A stretch of DNA of 64,000 bases. Origin: Escherichia coli. GTDB lineage: Bacteria; Pseudomonadota; Gammaproteobacteria; Enterobacterales; Enterobacteriaceae. Of the stretch, positions 1 to 11,668 are shown piece after piece (positions within the stretch are counted from its first letter, which is position 1; each line of letters opens with the position of its first letter). The position numbers were made by a program, and so were the translations under genes. The notes under the pieces are model-generated. The model made no database searches. It worked only from the letters and a program-made list of their open reading frames with translations, and was not told the DNA's origin. The stretch lies in assembly GCF_011045215.1 (NCBI RefSeq), contig NZ_CP049201.1; one strand, 5' to 3'.

Positions 1-854
1 ACACCGCGTGCAGTGTAGGTAATCTCTTCGTCATCATCCATCCGCTTACCGGAGAACAACGCAGCGTCTGTTTGCCGCCCCATCGGATTAATGAATTTTT
101 CCGCCAACCGTTTACGACGCGCTAGCGCGCCGCGAAGAATACGGGCACGGCGTGATTCATGCTGTTTGCCGTGGTTTTCATCTTCATACTCTTCGTCATC
201 TTCATATTCATCTTCATCGACCCAGGTATCATCGCGACGGGTACGATTACTAGCGAAGGTGAGAATGTTTAAAATCCAGCCGCCGAGTTTTTCAGCAATG
301 GTCACCCATGACCAACCGGTGAACAGCGTCAGGCCCGCAGCCCAAACGCAGAGCAGCGCAATAGTTCCCCCGCTACTGTGTAGCAGTGGTTGTAGCGTAG
401 TGCTTAGTAAGCTGCCAATGACGCCACCGGAGGCAAAATACCAGATATCGTCAGCGTTGATTGCCGCCAGACCACAGGAGGTAAGGATGAGCGCCAAAAC
501 GCCAATGATGCGTAGCGAAACGGCAAAATAATCAATGTATTCGTCACTGGACTGATGACGCCAGGCAAACCAACAACCGCCGACAATAATGACGGGAATG
601 GTGTAAGCCATCACGCCAAAAATAAAGAACAGCGTATCTGCCAGCCACGCACCGGGCATCCCACCTAAATTATGGATAGGTTCATGCCAGGCCGTTTGCG
701 ACCAGCTGGGGTCCGAAGGGTTAAAGCTTAGTAAGGCAGCCATCAACCAGACGGCAAACAGGACAATAAGGATCAGCAACGCCTCCAGAAGGCGGCGGCC
801 GCTACTTAACTTTGTCAATGTGACTTCTTTGTCTTCAGTGTATTCCTGGCTCAA
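1..854 (-). CDS. ftsK: DNA translocase FtsK, 5' portion (N-terminal membrane and acidic linker region; gene continues beyond window start)
   Basis: Reverse-strand translation from ~854 reads (L/M)SQEYTEDKEVTLTKLSSGRRLLE and, at the window edge, MGRQTDAALFSGKRMDDDEEITYTARGV. The codon at the expected start is TTG. Absent from the ORF track because it has no ATG start and runs off the window. Confidence 0.85.
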   Translation of the reverse strand, partial: MSQEYTEDKEVTLTKLSSGRRLLEALLILIVLFAVWLMAALLSFNPSDPSWSQTAWHEPIHNLGGMPGAWLADTLFFIFGVMAYTIPVIIVGGCWFAWRHQSSDEYIDYFAVSLRIIGVLALILTSCGLAAINADDIWYFASGGVIGSLLSTTLQPLLHSSGGTIALLCVWAAGLTLFTGWSWVTIAEKLGGWILNILTFASNRTRRDDTWVDEDEYEDDEEYEDENHGKQHESRRARILRGALARRKRLAEKFINPMGRQTDAALFSGKRMDDDEEITYTARG

Positions 855-988
855 GAAAGGCTCTCCAGGTTACAGGCTTTTCCTGCCCGATGCTAAAACG
901 GACAACAGTACCAGGTTACCCCAGTACTGTTGCTGTATGGATTAACAGGAGTGTAATCAAAATACGCCGATTTTGCACCTGTTCCGTG

Positions 989-1483
989 TTAGCGCGTCTT
1001 AATAACCAGACGATTACTCTGCTTGACTTCTTCCATAACAACGTATGTCCGTGTGTCATTGACGCCAGGCAGACGCAGCAGGGTTTCCCCCAGCAACTTA
1101 CGGTAAGCTGACATATCCGGCACGCGTGTTTTCAACAGGTAGTCGAAATCACCGGATACTAAATGACACTCCTGAATTTCTTCAAGTTTTTGTACAGCGG
1201 TATTGAATTGTTCAAACACATCCGGTGCGCCACGATTCAGAGTAATCTCAACAAATACCAGAAGTGATGCATCCAGATAATGGGGGTTCAGCAGCGCCGT
1301 ATAGCCCTGAATAAACCCTTGTCTTTCCAGCCGACGCACACGCTCAAGGCACGGCGTTGGGGAAAGTCCCACACGTTTAGAAAGCTCGACGTTAGAAATA
1401 CGCCCATCCTTTTGCAACTCATTAAGAATGTTACGATCGATACGGTCGAGATCTTTGCCAGGGCGCTTCTTGCTATCTACCAT
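989..1483 (-). CDS. lrp: Leucine-responsive regulatory protein Lrp (164 aa)
   Basis: Track ORF 989..1537(-) contains MVDSKKRPGKDLDRIDRNILNELQKDGRISNVELSKRVGLSPTPCLERVRRLERQGFIQGYTALLNPHYL...; start set at the MVDSKK methionine. Confidence 0.97.
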   Translation of the reverse strand: MVDSKKRPGKDLDRIDRNILNELQKDGRISNVELSKRVGLSPTPCLERVRRLERQGFIQGYTALLNPHYLDASLLVFVEITLNRGAPDVFEQFNTAVQKLEEIQECHLVSGDFDYLLKTRVPDMSAYRKLLGETLLRLPGVNDTRTYVVMEEVKQSNRLVIKTR

Positions 1484-1853
1484 TATTATTGTCTCTCTGT
1501 ATTCCTTCCCTACTCCTGTCTGACCCTGAAACATCACTGTTCAGAGTCGCTACCCGTCACGATAGACCGAAATCATGAAGATTCACGGCGCGCAATGCCT
1601 GGGTCTACGGTGAGAAGACCGTTGCCTTGTGGCAGCTATCGACATCACGAATGGCGTCTGTCCACGCCATACGTAGATTTCACTAGCACGGTAAACATGG
1701 TATTTACATGCATGGTTATGCGCATATAAGAATACTGTTTTTTTTCTTCCTCGAATGTTTTCGCAAAACACCAGGGGATTGTCAAAGCAAAACATCGATT
1801 TTTAGTACAACATGCCAGATATTCATTAACAGGGGCGTTTATTCATCATTTAA

Positions 1854-2993
<1,140 letters not shown>

Positions 2994-3115
2994 TTTTACA
3001 AATCAGTAACAAAAGTAAAGAAGGCGACACCATGCGACTATGGGTCGCCTTTATTTTTTCCCCGTTGTAACATTGCTCTGCAAATAATTCTGATAACTCA
3101 CCTGCTAAGCGTGCA

Positions 3116-4882
3116 ATGAATAAATCTCGTCAAAAAGAGTTAACCCGCTGGTTAAAACAGCAAAGCGTCATCTCCCAACGTTGGCTGAATATTTCTCGTC
3201 TGCTGGGCTTTGTGAGCGGCATATTGATCATTGCCCAGGCCTGGTTCATGGCGCGAATTCTGCAACATATGATTATGGAGAATATTCCCCGTGAAGCCCT
3301 GCTGCTTCCCTTTACGTTACTGGTTCTGACCTTTGTACTGCGCGCATGGGTGGTCTGGTTACGCGAACGGGTGGGTTATCACGCCGGGCAGCATATCCGC
3401 TTTGCCATCCGCCGGCAGGTTCTCGACCGTCTGCAACAAGCAGGGCCAGCGTGGATTCAGGGTAAACCTGCGGGGAGCTGGGCGACGCTGGTACTCGAGC
3501 AAATTGACGATATGCATGATTACTATGCACGCTACCTGCCGCAAATGGCGCTGGCAGTGTCGGTGCCGTTGCTGATTGTGGTGGCAATCTTCCCCTCAAA
3601 CTGGGCTGCGGCGCTCATTCTGCTGGGCACTGCACCGTTAATTCCGTTGTTTATGGCGCTGGTTGGAATGGGGGCTGCCGATGCTAACCGACGTAACTTT
3701 CTCGCTCTTGCTCGCTTAAGTGGGCATTTCCTCGATCGCCTGCGCGGCATGGAAACATTGCGTATTTTTGGTCGTGGTGAAGCTGAAATTGAAAGTATTC
3801 GTTCTGCTTCGGAAGATTTCCGCCAACGGACAATGGAAGTGCTACGGCTGGCATTTTTATCCTCCGGCATTCTCGAATTTTTTACCTCGCTGTCAATTGC
3901 TCTGGTGGCGGTCTACTTTGGTTTTTCCTATCTCGGCGAGCTGGATTTTGGTCACTACGATACTGGCGTGACGCTGGCTGCGGGTTTTCTGGCCCTGATC
4001 CTTGCGCCAGAGTTTTTCCAGCCATTACGCGATCTCGGTACGTTTTATCATGCTAAAGCCCAGGCTGTTGGTGCAGCTGACAGTCTGAAAACGTTTATGG
4101 AAACCCCGCTCGCCCATCCGCAGCGTGGCGAGGTGGAATTAGCATCGACCGATCCGGTGACCATTGAGGCCGAGGATCTGTTTATCACGTCGCCGGAAGG
4201 TAAAACGCTGGCCGGACCGCTGAACTTTACTTTGCCAGCAGGCCAACGTGCAGTGTTGGTTGGTCGCAGCGGTTCAGGTAAAAGCTCACTGCTGAACGCG
4301 CTTTCTGGTTTTCTCTCATATCAGGGATCATTACGAATCAACGGGATAGAATTACGTGATTTATCACCAGAATCATGGCGTAAACATCTCTCCTGGGTTG
4401 GGCAAAACCCACAATTACCGGCAGCAACATTGCGGGATAACGTACTACTGGCGCGACCTGATGCCAGCGAACAAGAATTACAAGCAGCGCTGGATAACGC
4501 CTGGGTCAGCGAGTTTCTACCGCTCCTGCCACAAGGCGTTGATACGCCTGTTGGCGACCAGGCTGCCCGCCTTTCCGTGGGGCAGGCGCAGCGCGTGGCG
4601 GTGGCCCGTGCGTTACTAAATCCCTGTTCGCTATTACTGTTGGATGAACCCGCTGCCAGCCTTGATGCTCACAGTGAACAGCGCGTAATGGAGGCGCTGA
4701 ATGCCGCCTCTCTGCGCCAGACAACGTTAATGGTCACCCACCAGTTAGAAGATCTTGCTGACTGGGATGTCATTTGGGTTATGCAGGATGGCCGGATTAT
4801 TGAGCAAGGACGTTACGCGGAATTAAGTGTGGCTGGTGGCCCATTCGCCACATTACTGGCCCATCGTCAGGAGGAGATTTAA
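3116..4882 (+). CDS. cydD: Cysteine/glutathione ABC exporter subunit CydD (588 aa)
   Basis: Track ORF; N-terminus MNKSRQKELTRWLKQQSVISQRWL; Walker A GRSGSGKSS, ABC signature LSVGQAQR, Walker B LLLLDEP. Confidence 0.97.
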   Translation: MNKSRQKELTRWLKQQSVISQRWLNISRLLGFVSGILIIAQAWFMARILQHMIMENIPREALLLPFTLLVLTFVLRAWVVWLRERVGYHAGQHIRFAIRRQVLDRLQQAGPAWIQGKPAGSWATLVLEQIDDMHDYYARYLPQMALAVSVPLLIVVAIFPSNWAAALILLGTAPLIPLFMALVGMGAADANRRNFLALARLSGHFLDRLRGMETLRIFGRGEAEIESIRSASEDFRQRTMEVLRLAFLSSGILEFFTSLSIALVAVYFGFSYLGELDFGHYDTGVTLAAGFLALILAPEFFQPLRDLGTFYHAKAQAVGAADSLKTFMETPLAHPQRGEVELASTDPVTIEAEDLFITSPEGKTLAGPLNFTLPAGQRAVLVGRSGSGKSSLLNALSGFLSYQGSLRINGIELRDLSPESWRKHLSWVGQNPQLPAATLRDNVLLARPDASEQELQAALDNAWVSEFLPLLPQGVDTPVGDQAARLSVGQAQRVAVARALLNPCSLLLLDEPAASLDAHSEQRVMEALNAASLRQTTLMVTHQLEDLADWDVIWVMQDGRIIEQGRYAELSVAGGPFATLLAHRQEEI

Positions 4883-6604
4883 ATGCGCGCTTTGCTACCC
4901 TATCTGGCACTGTATAAACGTCATAAATGGATGTTAAGTCTTGGTATTGTGCTGGCAATTGTGACGCTGCTCGCCAGTATCGGTCTGTTGACACTTTCCG
5001 GCTGGTTTCTCTCGGCCTCAGCGGTTGCGGGGGTTGCCGGACTGTACAGCTTCAACTATATGCTACCCGCTGCGGGCGTGCGTGGTGCAGCAATCACCCG
5101 TACTGCCGGGCGTTATTTTGAACGTCTGGTAAGTCACGACGCGACTTTCCGCGTGTTGCAGCATCTGCGCATTTACACCTTCAGCAAATTGTTGCCCCTC
5201 TCCCCTGCCGGACTGGCGCGCTATCGTCAGGGCGAATTGCTCAACCGCGTGGTGGCGGATGTTGATACGCTCGATCATCTTTACCTGCGCGTTATCTCGC
5301 CGCTGGTGGGCGCTTTTGTGGTGATTATGGTGGTGACAGTCGGGTTAAGTTTCCTTGATTTCACCCTCGCCTTTACGCTGGGCGGCATTATGTTACTGAC
5401 GCTTTTCCTGATGCCACCGCTGTTTTATCGTGCGGGAAAAAGCACCGGGCAAAATCTGACTCATCTTCGCGGACAGTATCGCCAACAACTGACGGCCTGG
5501 CTGCAAGGGCAAGCTGAGCTGACCATTTTTGGTGCCAGCGATCGTTATCGCACGCAACTAGAGAATACAGAAATTCAATGGCTGGAAGCGCAACGCCGTC
5601 AATCTGAACTGACCGCATTGTCGCAAGCGATAATGCTGCTCATTGGCGCGTTAGCGGTGATCCTGATGCTGTGGATGGCGTCTGGCGGCGTTGGCGGCAA
5701 TGCTCAACCCGGCGCGTTAATTGCCCTGTTTGTCTTTTGCGCGTTAGCCGCGTTTGAAGCACTGGCACCAGTAACGGGTGCATTTCAGCATCTGGGGCAA
5801 GTCATTGCCTCTGCCGTTCGGATCACTGATTTAACGGATCAAAAACCGGAGGTCACCTTCCCTGATACCCAAACTCGTGTTGCCAATCGCGTTTCGCTGA
5901 CGTTACGGGATGTTCAGTTCACTTATCCGGAGCAATCTCAACAGGCACTTAAAGGGATTTCTCTTCAGGTAAACGCCGGGGAACATATAGCGATTCTCGG
6001 GCGAACCGGATGCGGCAAATCAACACTGTTACAACTGCTGACCCGCGCATGGGACCCGCAACAGGGCGAGATTTTGCTTAACGATAGCCCCATAGCCAGC
6101 CTGAATGAAGCGGCTCTACGACAGACCATCAGCGTTGTTCCTCAGCGAGTGCATCTGTTTAGCGCCACGCTGCGTGATAATCTGTTACTCGCCTCGCCTG
6201 GCAGTAGTGATGAGGCTCTGGCGGTGATCTTACGTCGCGTTGGTCTGGAGAAGCTGCTCGAGGATGCAGGTCTCAACAGTTGGTTAGGTGAAGGCGGACG
6301 CCAGCTCTCCGGTGGTGAACTGCGCCGTCTGGCTATCGCCCGTGCGCTGTTACATGATGCGCCACTGGTGTTGCTGGATGAACCTACCGAAGGCTTAGAT
6401 GCCACAACCGAAAGCCGGATCCTTGAATTGCTTGCAGAAATGATGCGTGAGAAAACGGTGTTAATGGTCACCCATCGACTTCGCGGACTCTCTCGTTTCC
6501 AGCAAATAATAGTGATGGACAACGGGCAAATTATTGAGCAAGGTACTCACGCAGAACTGCTTGCCAGACAGGGGCGTTATTACCAGTTCAAGCAGGGTTT
6601 GTAA
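4883..6604 (+). CDS. cydC: Cysteine/glutathione ABC exporter subunit CydC (573 aa)
   Basis: Track ORF starting immediately after the cydD stop; Walker A GRTGCGKST, signature LSGGELRR, Walker B VLLDEPTE. Confidence 0.97.
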   Translation: MRALLPYLALYKRHKWMLSLGIVLAIVTLLASIGLLTLSGWFLSASAVAGVAGLYSFNYMLPAAGVRGAAITRTAGRYFERLVSHDATFRVLQHLRIYTFSKLLPLSPAGLARYRQGELLNRVVADVDTLDHLYLRVISPLVGAFVVIMVVTVGLSFLDFTLAFTLGGIMLLTLFLMPPLFYRAGKSTGQNLTHLRGQYRQQLTAWLQGQAELTIFGASDRYRTQLENTEIQWLEAQRRQSELTALSQAIMLLIGALAVILMLWMASGGVGGNAQPGALIALFVFCALAAFEALAPVTGAFQHLGQVIASAVRITDLTDQKPEVTFPDTQTRVANRVSLTLRDVQFTYPEQSQQALKGISLQVNAGEHIAILGRTGCGKSTLLQLLTRAWDPQQGEILLNDSPIASLNEAALRQTISVVPQRVHLFSATLRDNLLLASPGSSDEALAVILRRVGLEKLLEDAGLNSWLGEGGRQLSGGELRRLAIARALLHDAPLVLLDEPTEGLDATTESRILELLAEMMREKTVLMVTHRLRGLSRFQQIIVMDNGQIIEQGTHAELLARQGRYYQFKQGL

Positions 6605-6645
6605 GCTATTATTGAACGATCCGACTTGCGTGGAGTTTTGCGGTC

Positions 6646-7350
6646 ATGCGCCTGGTTCAGCTTTCTCGCCATTCAATAGCCTTCCCTTCCCCGGAAGGCG
6701 CATTACGTGAGCCTAACGGCCTGCTGGCACTTGGGGGCGATCTTAGCCCTGCGCGCCTGTTAATGGCTTACCAGCGTGGTATTTTTCCGTGGTTTTCTCC
6801 AGGCGACCCCATCCTCTGGTGGTCGCCCGATCCTCGCGCGGTGCTATGGCCAGAATCACTGCATATCAGCCGTAGTATGAAGCGATTTCATAAACGCTCG
6901 CCCTATCGTGTCACGATGAATTACGCTTTTGGTCAGGTCATTGAAGGCTGTGCCAGCGATCGCGAAGAAGGAACCTGGATCACGCGTGGCGTGGTCGAAG
7001 CCTACCATCGCCTTCACGAACTCGGTCATGCCCACTCCATTGAAGTCTGGCGTGAAGATGAGCTTGTCGGCGGTATGTACGGCGTGGCCCAGGGAACGCT
7101 ATTTTGTGGCGAGTCCATGTTCAGCCGGATGGAAAATGCGTCTAAAACGGCGCTTCTGGTATTCTGTGAGGAATTTATCGGTCATGGCGGTAAGCTTATC
7201 GACTGCCAGGTCCTTAACGATCACACAGCATCGCTTGGTGCCTGCGAAATTCCCCGTCGGGATTATCTGAATTATCTCAATCAAATGCGCCTCGGACGAT
7301 TGCCGAATAATTTCTGGGTACCACGATGCTTGTTTTCACCACAAGAATGA
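6646..7350 (+). CDS. aat: Leucyl/phenylalanyl-tRNA--protein transferase Aat (234 aa)
   Basis: Track [67 protein letters not shown]. Confidence 0.95.
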
Positions 7351-7631
7351 ATGTTTTCGGCACATTTCTCCCCAGAGTGTTATAATTGCGGTCGCAGAGT
7401 TGGTTACGCTCATTACCCCGCTGCCGATAAGGAATTTTTCGCGTCAGGTAACGCCCATCGTTTATCTCACCGCTCCCTTATACGTTGCGCTTTTGGTGCG
7501 GCTTAGCCGTGTGTTTTCGGAGTAATGTGCCGAACCTGTTTGTTGCGATTTAGCGCGCAAATCTTTACTTATTTACAGAACTTCGGCATTATCTTGCCGG
7601 TTCAAATTACGGTAGTGATACCCCAGAGGAT

Positions 7632-7853
<222 letters not shown>

Positions 7854-7892
7854 TTGTTTTACCGCCTGATGGGCGAAGAGAAAGAACGAGTA

Positions 7893-7923
7893 AAAGGTCG
7901 GTTTAACCGGCCTTTTTATTTTG
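7893..7923 (+). terminator. Rho-independent terminator downstream of infA
   Basis: AAAGGTCGG-TTTAA-CCGGCCTTT hairpin (one G-U wobble) followed by TTTATTTTG. Confidence 0.6.
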
Positions 7924-8106
7924 TGATATGTATGAAGTACTTTGGAAGTATAAGTCCGTAACTTGTCTCGATGTAGATATACTGCACAACTTGTTTACAG
8001 TATGAGCAAACAATAATTATCATTAAAATTCTTCTTGACCGTTTTACTCCAACTCCCTATAGTAGCGCCCCGTTGCCACCCATGAGGTTTGGCAGCAAAA
8101 CAATTT

Positions 8107-8194
8107 GGTGAGGTGTCCGAGTGGCTGAAGGAGCACGCCTGGAAAGTGTGTATACGGCAACGTATCGGGGGTTCGAATCCCCCCCTCACCGCCA
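8107..8194 (+). tRNA. serW: tRNA-Ser (anticodon GGA), 88 nt, long variable arm
   Basis: GGTGAGGTGTCCGAGTGGCTGAAGGAGCACGCCTGGAAAGTGTGTATACGGCAACGTATCGGGGGTTCGAATCCCCCCCTCACCGCCA; position directly after infA identifies serW. Confidence 0.92.
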
Positions 8195-8200
8195 GATTAT

Positions 8201-8238
8201 AAGCGCATGTTATTGTTTAACATGCGCTTTTTTATTTT
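8201..8238 (+). terminator. Rho-independent terminator of serW
   Basis: Perfect 12-bp stem AAGCGCATGTTA / TAACATGCGCTT with TTGTT loop, followed by TTTTTTATTTT. Confidence 0.75.
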
Positions 8239-8343
8239 CCCTTTCAGACAGTATGCCATCGGGTATGCCATCTGAAACCGGTTTATATGCCCCGCGATCA
8301 TATCTTATCGGACAATTTCCGATCTTTGAGCATACTGGCAAAG

Positions 8344-9186
8344 CTATACTGCCAGCATATCAGGATAGTGTTTTGCGATAATATCATTCAGTCTGTCAAC
8401 CAGTTCTGGTTTTCTGAACGTGATATGCGCGGAGCCCTTCTTAAAATATCTGATGCTGAACATCTCATCTTCATAGTCCTCTTTACCCTGAACAGACTGG
8501 ATGTGATCATCCAGACGAAGGGTGATGTTTTCCCGGGTGTCGGGGATCGGTTTGCCGCTGAACAGATGCAGCATTCTTTCCAGATCGGCAAGTCTATCTG
8601 CCTGTTGCCCGCTGTTCAGATGAAATCCCCACCGGTCCCATCTCACCAGATTGTTGACGATAATTTTACTGCCAAATTTGCAGGGTGAATTGGTTTTGTA
8701 ATTCCAGCTCAGTCCCCTGAAAACGTTGATCACCCCTCGCTCAAACACTTCATCTTTGTTCTGGTGCAGTTGTTCAAACGTGCTCAGGATATTCGCTTCG
8801 CTGATTTCCGGAAAATTATCGTACTCCAGTGACCGGTACCATGTATCACGGGCTTGTGCATCCATTAATGACAGCATCCCTGAACGTTGCATCAGGTCAC
8901 GCCAGATTTCGCGGTCAAGGTTGCGGGTGATGGCTTTCATTGCGGTTTCCGGTTTCTCCATGAGCCAGCAGCCACAGCGAAAATCCTGTTTCATGGCCCA
9001 GTCCAGTGCGGTTTTACCTCCAATGCTTTCCGTCAGCACCGAGATTTCTGCCAGTTGCCGGATAAGCGTGTCGATTTGCAGCAGTGTACTTTTTCGTACA
9101 GCCAGAATGTGGCGGATACTGGTTGAGCAGATAACGTCCGTATGCCCGTTGACAACTTCCGGACGAGAGGCTGTGATATCAGACAT
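8344..9186 (-). CDS. Conserved island protein of unknown function (280 aa), first gene after serW; possibly DUF4942-like
   Basis: Track ORF; no catalytic motif recognised; family name is from memory only. Confidence 0.5.
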   Translation of the reverse strand: MSDITASRPEVVNGHTDVICSTSIRHILAVRKSTLLQIDTLIRQLAEISVLTESIGGKTALDWAMKQDFRCGCWLMEKPETAMKAITRNLDREIWRDLMQRSGMLSLMDAQARDTWYRSLEYDNFPEISEANILSTFEQLHQNKDEVFERGVINVFRGLSWNYKTNSPCKFGSKIIVNNLVRWDRWGFHLNSGQQADRLADLERMLHLFSGKPIPDTRENITLRLDDHIQSVQGKEDYEDEMFSIRYFKKGSAHITFRKPELVDRLNDIIAKHYPDMLAV

Positions 9187-9282
9187 AATCGATATTCCTT
9201 TTTGCAGATAAATGAAAACGCCAGCCCTGTTCAGGCTGGCGTCAGTGGAATGAAGTCTGGTGAGTGAGATGATGAGTGAAAC

Positions 9283-9480
9283 TCACCGGTTCGGGGGCTG
9301 AAGCTGCAGTTGGCGCAGGGTACGGATATCCTCCCTGGCCTGTTCAATACAGGACAACAGGGCTGTCGAATCCGTTTTATCCTCATCGTTGTCAAAGATA
9401 ATTCCGGATTCACAGTCGATATTGTCCTGCAGCCACGCAATCAGAATATCCAGTGCGGTTTCCGTGGTTAATGATTTCAT
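9283..9480 (-). CDS. Small hypothetical protein (~65 aa from MKSLTTETALDILIAWLQDN)
   Basis: Track ORF 9283..9525(-); upstream part overlaps the preceding gene, so an internal start is assumed. Confidence 0.35.
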   Translation of the reverse strand: MKSLTTETALDILIAWLQDNIDCESGIIFDNDEDKTDSTALLSCIEQAREDIRTLRQLQLQPPNR

Positions 9481-9491
9481 GTTGTTCCTGG

Positions 9492-9980
9492 TTACCAGTT
9501 GAAAGTGGGTAAGCCCGGCAGGCATTCAGCGCTGGCATCCAGATGAATGAGACTGACGCCATAACGTCGGGTAAGTGTGACAACCAGACGACGGAACGTT
9601 TTTGACAGGCCCAGGCGCTTAAGCCGCAGAACCGGGTATGACCACGCACCGGTACGTAACAGATATCCGCTACCTGTGAAATGAATCCATTCTGATTCGC
9701 CAGTGTCATTCGTCTGATGTGATAGTGAGTACAGCCAGGCGTTGTCCTTTGCCGTGATATGCGCGGTACTGCAGCGTATGCCGGTCAGGGCCGCAGATGG
9801 TGGCGTGCGCTCTGCTGATGTCCGGTCAGATTCATCAACAACACGAAGGGAGTAGCCATTGTCGCAGGCCACGTTAATCAGTTCAGCGAGATTAACACCA
9901 TCGACGTCAACGACAATGCGCCCCATGTTCAGCGTCTGCACGTTAATACTGTCAGCTTCCAGCGTCAGGGAAAGTTTCAT
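9492..9980 (-). CDS. Hypothetical protein (162 aa) immediately downstream of the toxin gene (YeeW-position)
   Basis: Track ORF; start overlaps the stop of the upstream toxin gene (translational coupling). Confidence 0.55.
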   Translation of the reverse strand: MKLSLTLEADSINVQTLNMGRIVVDVDGVNLAELINVACDNGYSLRVVDESDRTSAERTPPSAALTGIRCSTAHITAKDNAWLYSLSHQTNDTGESEWIHFTGSGYLLRTGAWSYPVLRLKRLGLSKTFRRLVVTLTRRYGVSLIHLDASAECLPGLPTFNW

Positions 9981-10354
9981 TGTTTCGCCTCCGGATGCTT
10001 ACCCAGGGTAATGTTATTTACCGTTCTGTAATTGTCGCGGGTCATCAGGCCTGTCGCCCGGCGGGCCCGGAGGATATCGATGCTGTTTATTAACTGAGAG
10101 TGGGTACAGGTGCTGAATCCCGGCTGGTCAGTACGCACCAGTGCGTATTTTTCCACGAGAAAGTTCACCGCATCGCACAGTGAAATGCCGGCCTCAATAT
10201 GCTGCTCAATCACACGTTCATCAGCGAACGGTGTGTCATTCAGCGTAAGGCCGTAGTGCTGGTCCAGTAGTCGGGAGAGCAGTGTCTGCCAGATGGTGAC
10301 GGGAGACGGGCTGCGCGATGCCTCCCGTACGTGTGTATCGGGTAATGTTTTCAT
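9977..10354 (-). CDS. cbtA: CbtA/YeeV/YkfI/YpjF-family type IV toxin (cytoskeleton-binding), ~125 aa
   Basis: Track ORF 9977..10495(-); start taken at MKTLPDTHVREASRSPSPVTIWQTLLSRLLDQHYGLTLNDTPFADERVIEQHIEAG..., matching the family N-terminus from memory; which paralogue is uncertain. Confidence 0.8.
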   Translation of the reverse strand: MKTLPDTHVREASRSPSPVTIWQTLLSRLLDQHYGLTLNDTPFADERVIEQHIEAGISLCDAVNFLVEKYALVRTDQPGFSTCTHSQLINSIDILRARRATGLMTRDNYRTVNNITLGKHPEAKQ

Positions 10355-10443
10355 ACTGAAGATTTTCCTGATATGAGAGATTAAATTTTGAGGAGAGTAG
10401 TGCTGTAGCGCACCGGGCCGGAGCAGACGATTATTTCGGTGGT

Positions 10444-10812
10444 TTACTTTTTCGTTTCGGGTGTCGGATAAACAGCCAGATAAACGTAACCACAACTACC
10501 GAGGGTGTCGGCTTTGCAGGTCAGCCCTTTGGCATACAGCGTGACGGTATGCTGATGGCGGGGATTCAGTTCACCGCTGGTGAGCATGAGTTCCAGTTGT
10601 TTCATCAGCAGCGGAAAGGCCTGGTCCAGATGGTACGCATCCGCGTCGCTGAACCGGCCTCTGATACCGGCGCGGTCTGCAAGGTAATGCAACCGGTTAC
10701 CCTCCTGCACCAGACGTGCTCCGAAACAAGGTGTCACGGTACAGGGCAGTCCCCACCAGGGGCGGCCGCGATTGTCGTCGGGATGAGTTGTCTCATGGAG
10801 TGTGTCTGACAC
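10444..10812 (-). CDS. cbeA: CbeA/YeeU/YafW/YfjZ-family antitoxin (122 aa)
   Basis: Track ORF; MSDTLHETTHPDDNRGRPWWGLPCTVTPCFGARLVQEGNRLHYLADRAGIRGRFSDADAYHLDQAFPLLMKQLELMLTSGELNPRHQHTVTLYAKGLTCKAD. Confidence 0.8.
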   Translation of the reverse strand: MSDTLHETTHPDDNRGRPWWGLPCTVTPCFGARLVQEGNRLHYLADRAGIRGRFSDADAYHLDQAFPLLMKQLELMLTSGELNPRHQHTVTLYAKGLTCKADTLGSCGYVYLAVYPTPETKK

Positions 10813-10886
10813 AATAAAATCCTCACAAAAAATCAGTTAAGAATGGTCCGGTGGCAGCGATAATTCTGCTCATCATTTCTCCTGAC

Positions 10887-11108
10887 TCAGTTCAGAGTGA
10901 CGCTCATCAGCCGGACATACGGGCCAAAACTGTCCTTACGGCGTTCTGCAAACACGGCCAGCACACCGGGAATATCCTGCACTTCACGACCGGTATACGC
11001 CTCAGCACTGCCGTGCCAGCGGTATTTGCCGGTACAGAACGGAAAAAGACGGGATGCAGGATGTTGTTGGTGAATACGCATGGCTTCACCACGGGTGATA
11101 ATTTTCAT
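10887..11108 (-). CDS. YeeT/YkfH-like DUF987 protein (73 aa)
   Basis: Track ORF; size and position between the RadC-like gene and the antitoxin match the CP4 island module. Confidence 0.65.
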   Translation of the reverse strand: MKIITRGEAMRIHQQHPASRLFPFCTGKYRWHGSAEAYTGREVQDIPGVLAVFAERRKDSFGPYVRLMSVTLN

Positions 11109-11176
11109 GGTGGGATACCTCTGAAGACAGAAGATAAAAGTGAAAACAGGTGTGATGTGGTTGTGACGGTGACGGG

Positions 11177-11668
11177 TTAAAGCAGACCGTGTTCCGCAAA
11201 GGAGAAAACCTGGTTGCCTCCGACTATCAGATGGTCCGGCACCCGGATGTCCACCAGGGCCAGCGCCTGTACCAGACGTTCGGTGATAAGCCGGTCTGCC
11301 TTACTGGGTGTGACTTCACCGGACGGATGATTGTGTGCCAGCACCACGGCTGCGGCATTGTGATACAGGGCGCGTTTAATCACTTCCCGGGGATGGACTT
11401 CCGTGCGGTTGATAGTGCCGGTGAAGAGGGTTTCACCGGCAATCAGCTGATTCTGGTTATTCAGATACAGCACCCGGAATTCTTCACGCTCCAGTCCCGC
11501 CATGTTCAGAATCAGCCATTCCCGTGCCGCATGCGTGGAGGTGAAGGCCACGCCGGGTTCATGAAGATGGCGGTCCAGGGTTTTCAGGGCCCGCTGAATG
11601 AGACTGCGCTCGCCGGGCGTCATCTCTCCGGGCAGAAAGGAAAGCTGTTGCATTGCCCCTGCCTCCAT
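11177..11668 (-). CDS. RadC-like JAB/MPN-domain protein (YeeS/YfjY/YkfG family)
   Basis: Track ORF; JAMM-like HNHPSGEVTPSKAD motif; true start may be the internal MQQLSFLPGEM. Confidence 0.8.
   Translation of the reverse strand: MEAGAMQQLSFLPGEMTPGERSLIQRALKTLDRHLHEPGVAFTSTHAAREWLILNMAGLEREEFRVLYLNNQNQLIAGETLFTGTINRTEVHPREVIKRALYHNAAAVVLAHNHPSGEVTPSKADRLITERLVQALALVDIRVPDHLIVGGNQVFSFAEHGLL

Noticed and set aside
91-531. Plus-strand 146-aa ORF with a poly-serine tract
   Set aside because: It is the reverse frame of the acidic DEDEYEDDEEYED linker of ftsK; the minus-strand ftsK frame is the real gene.
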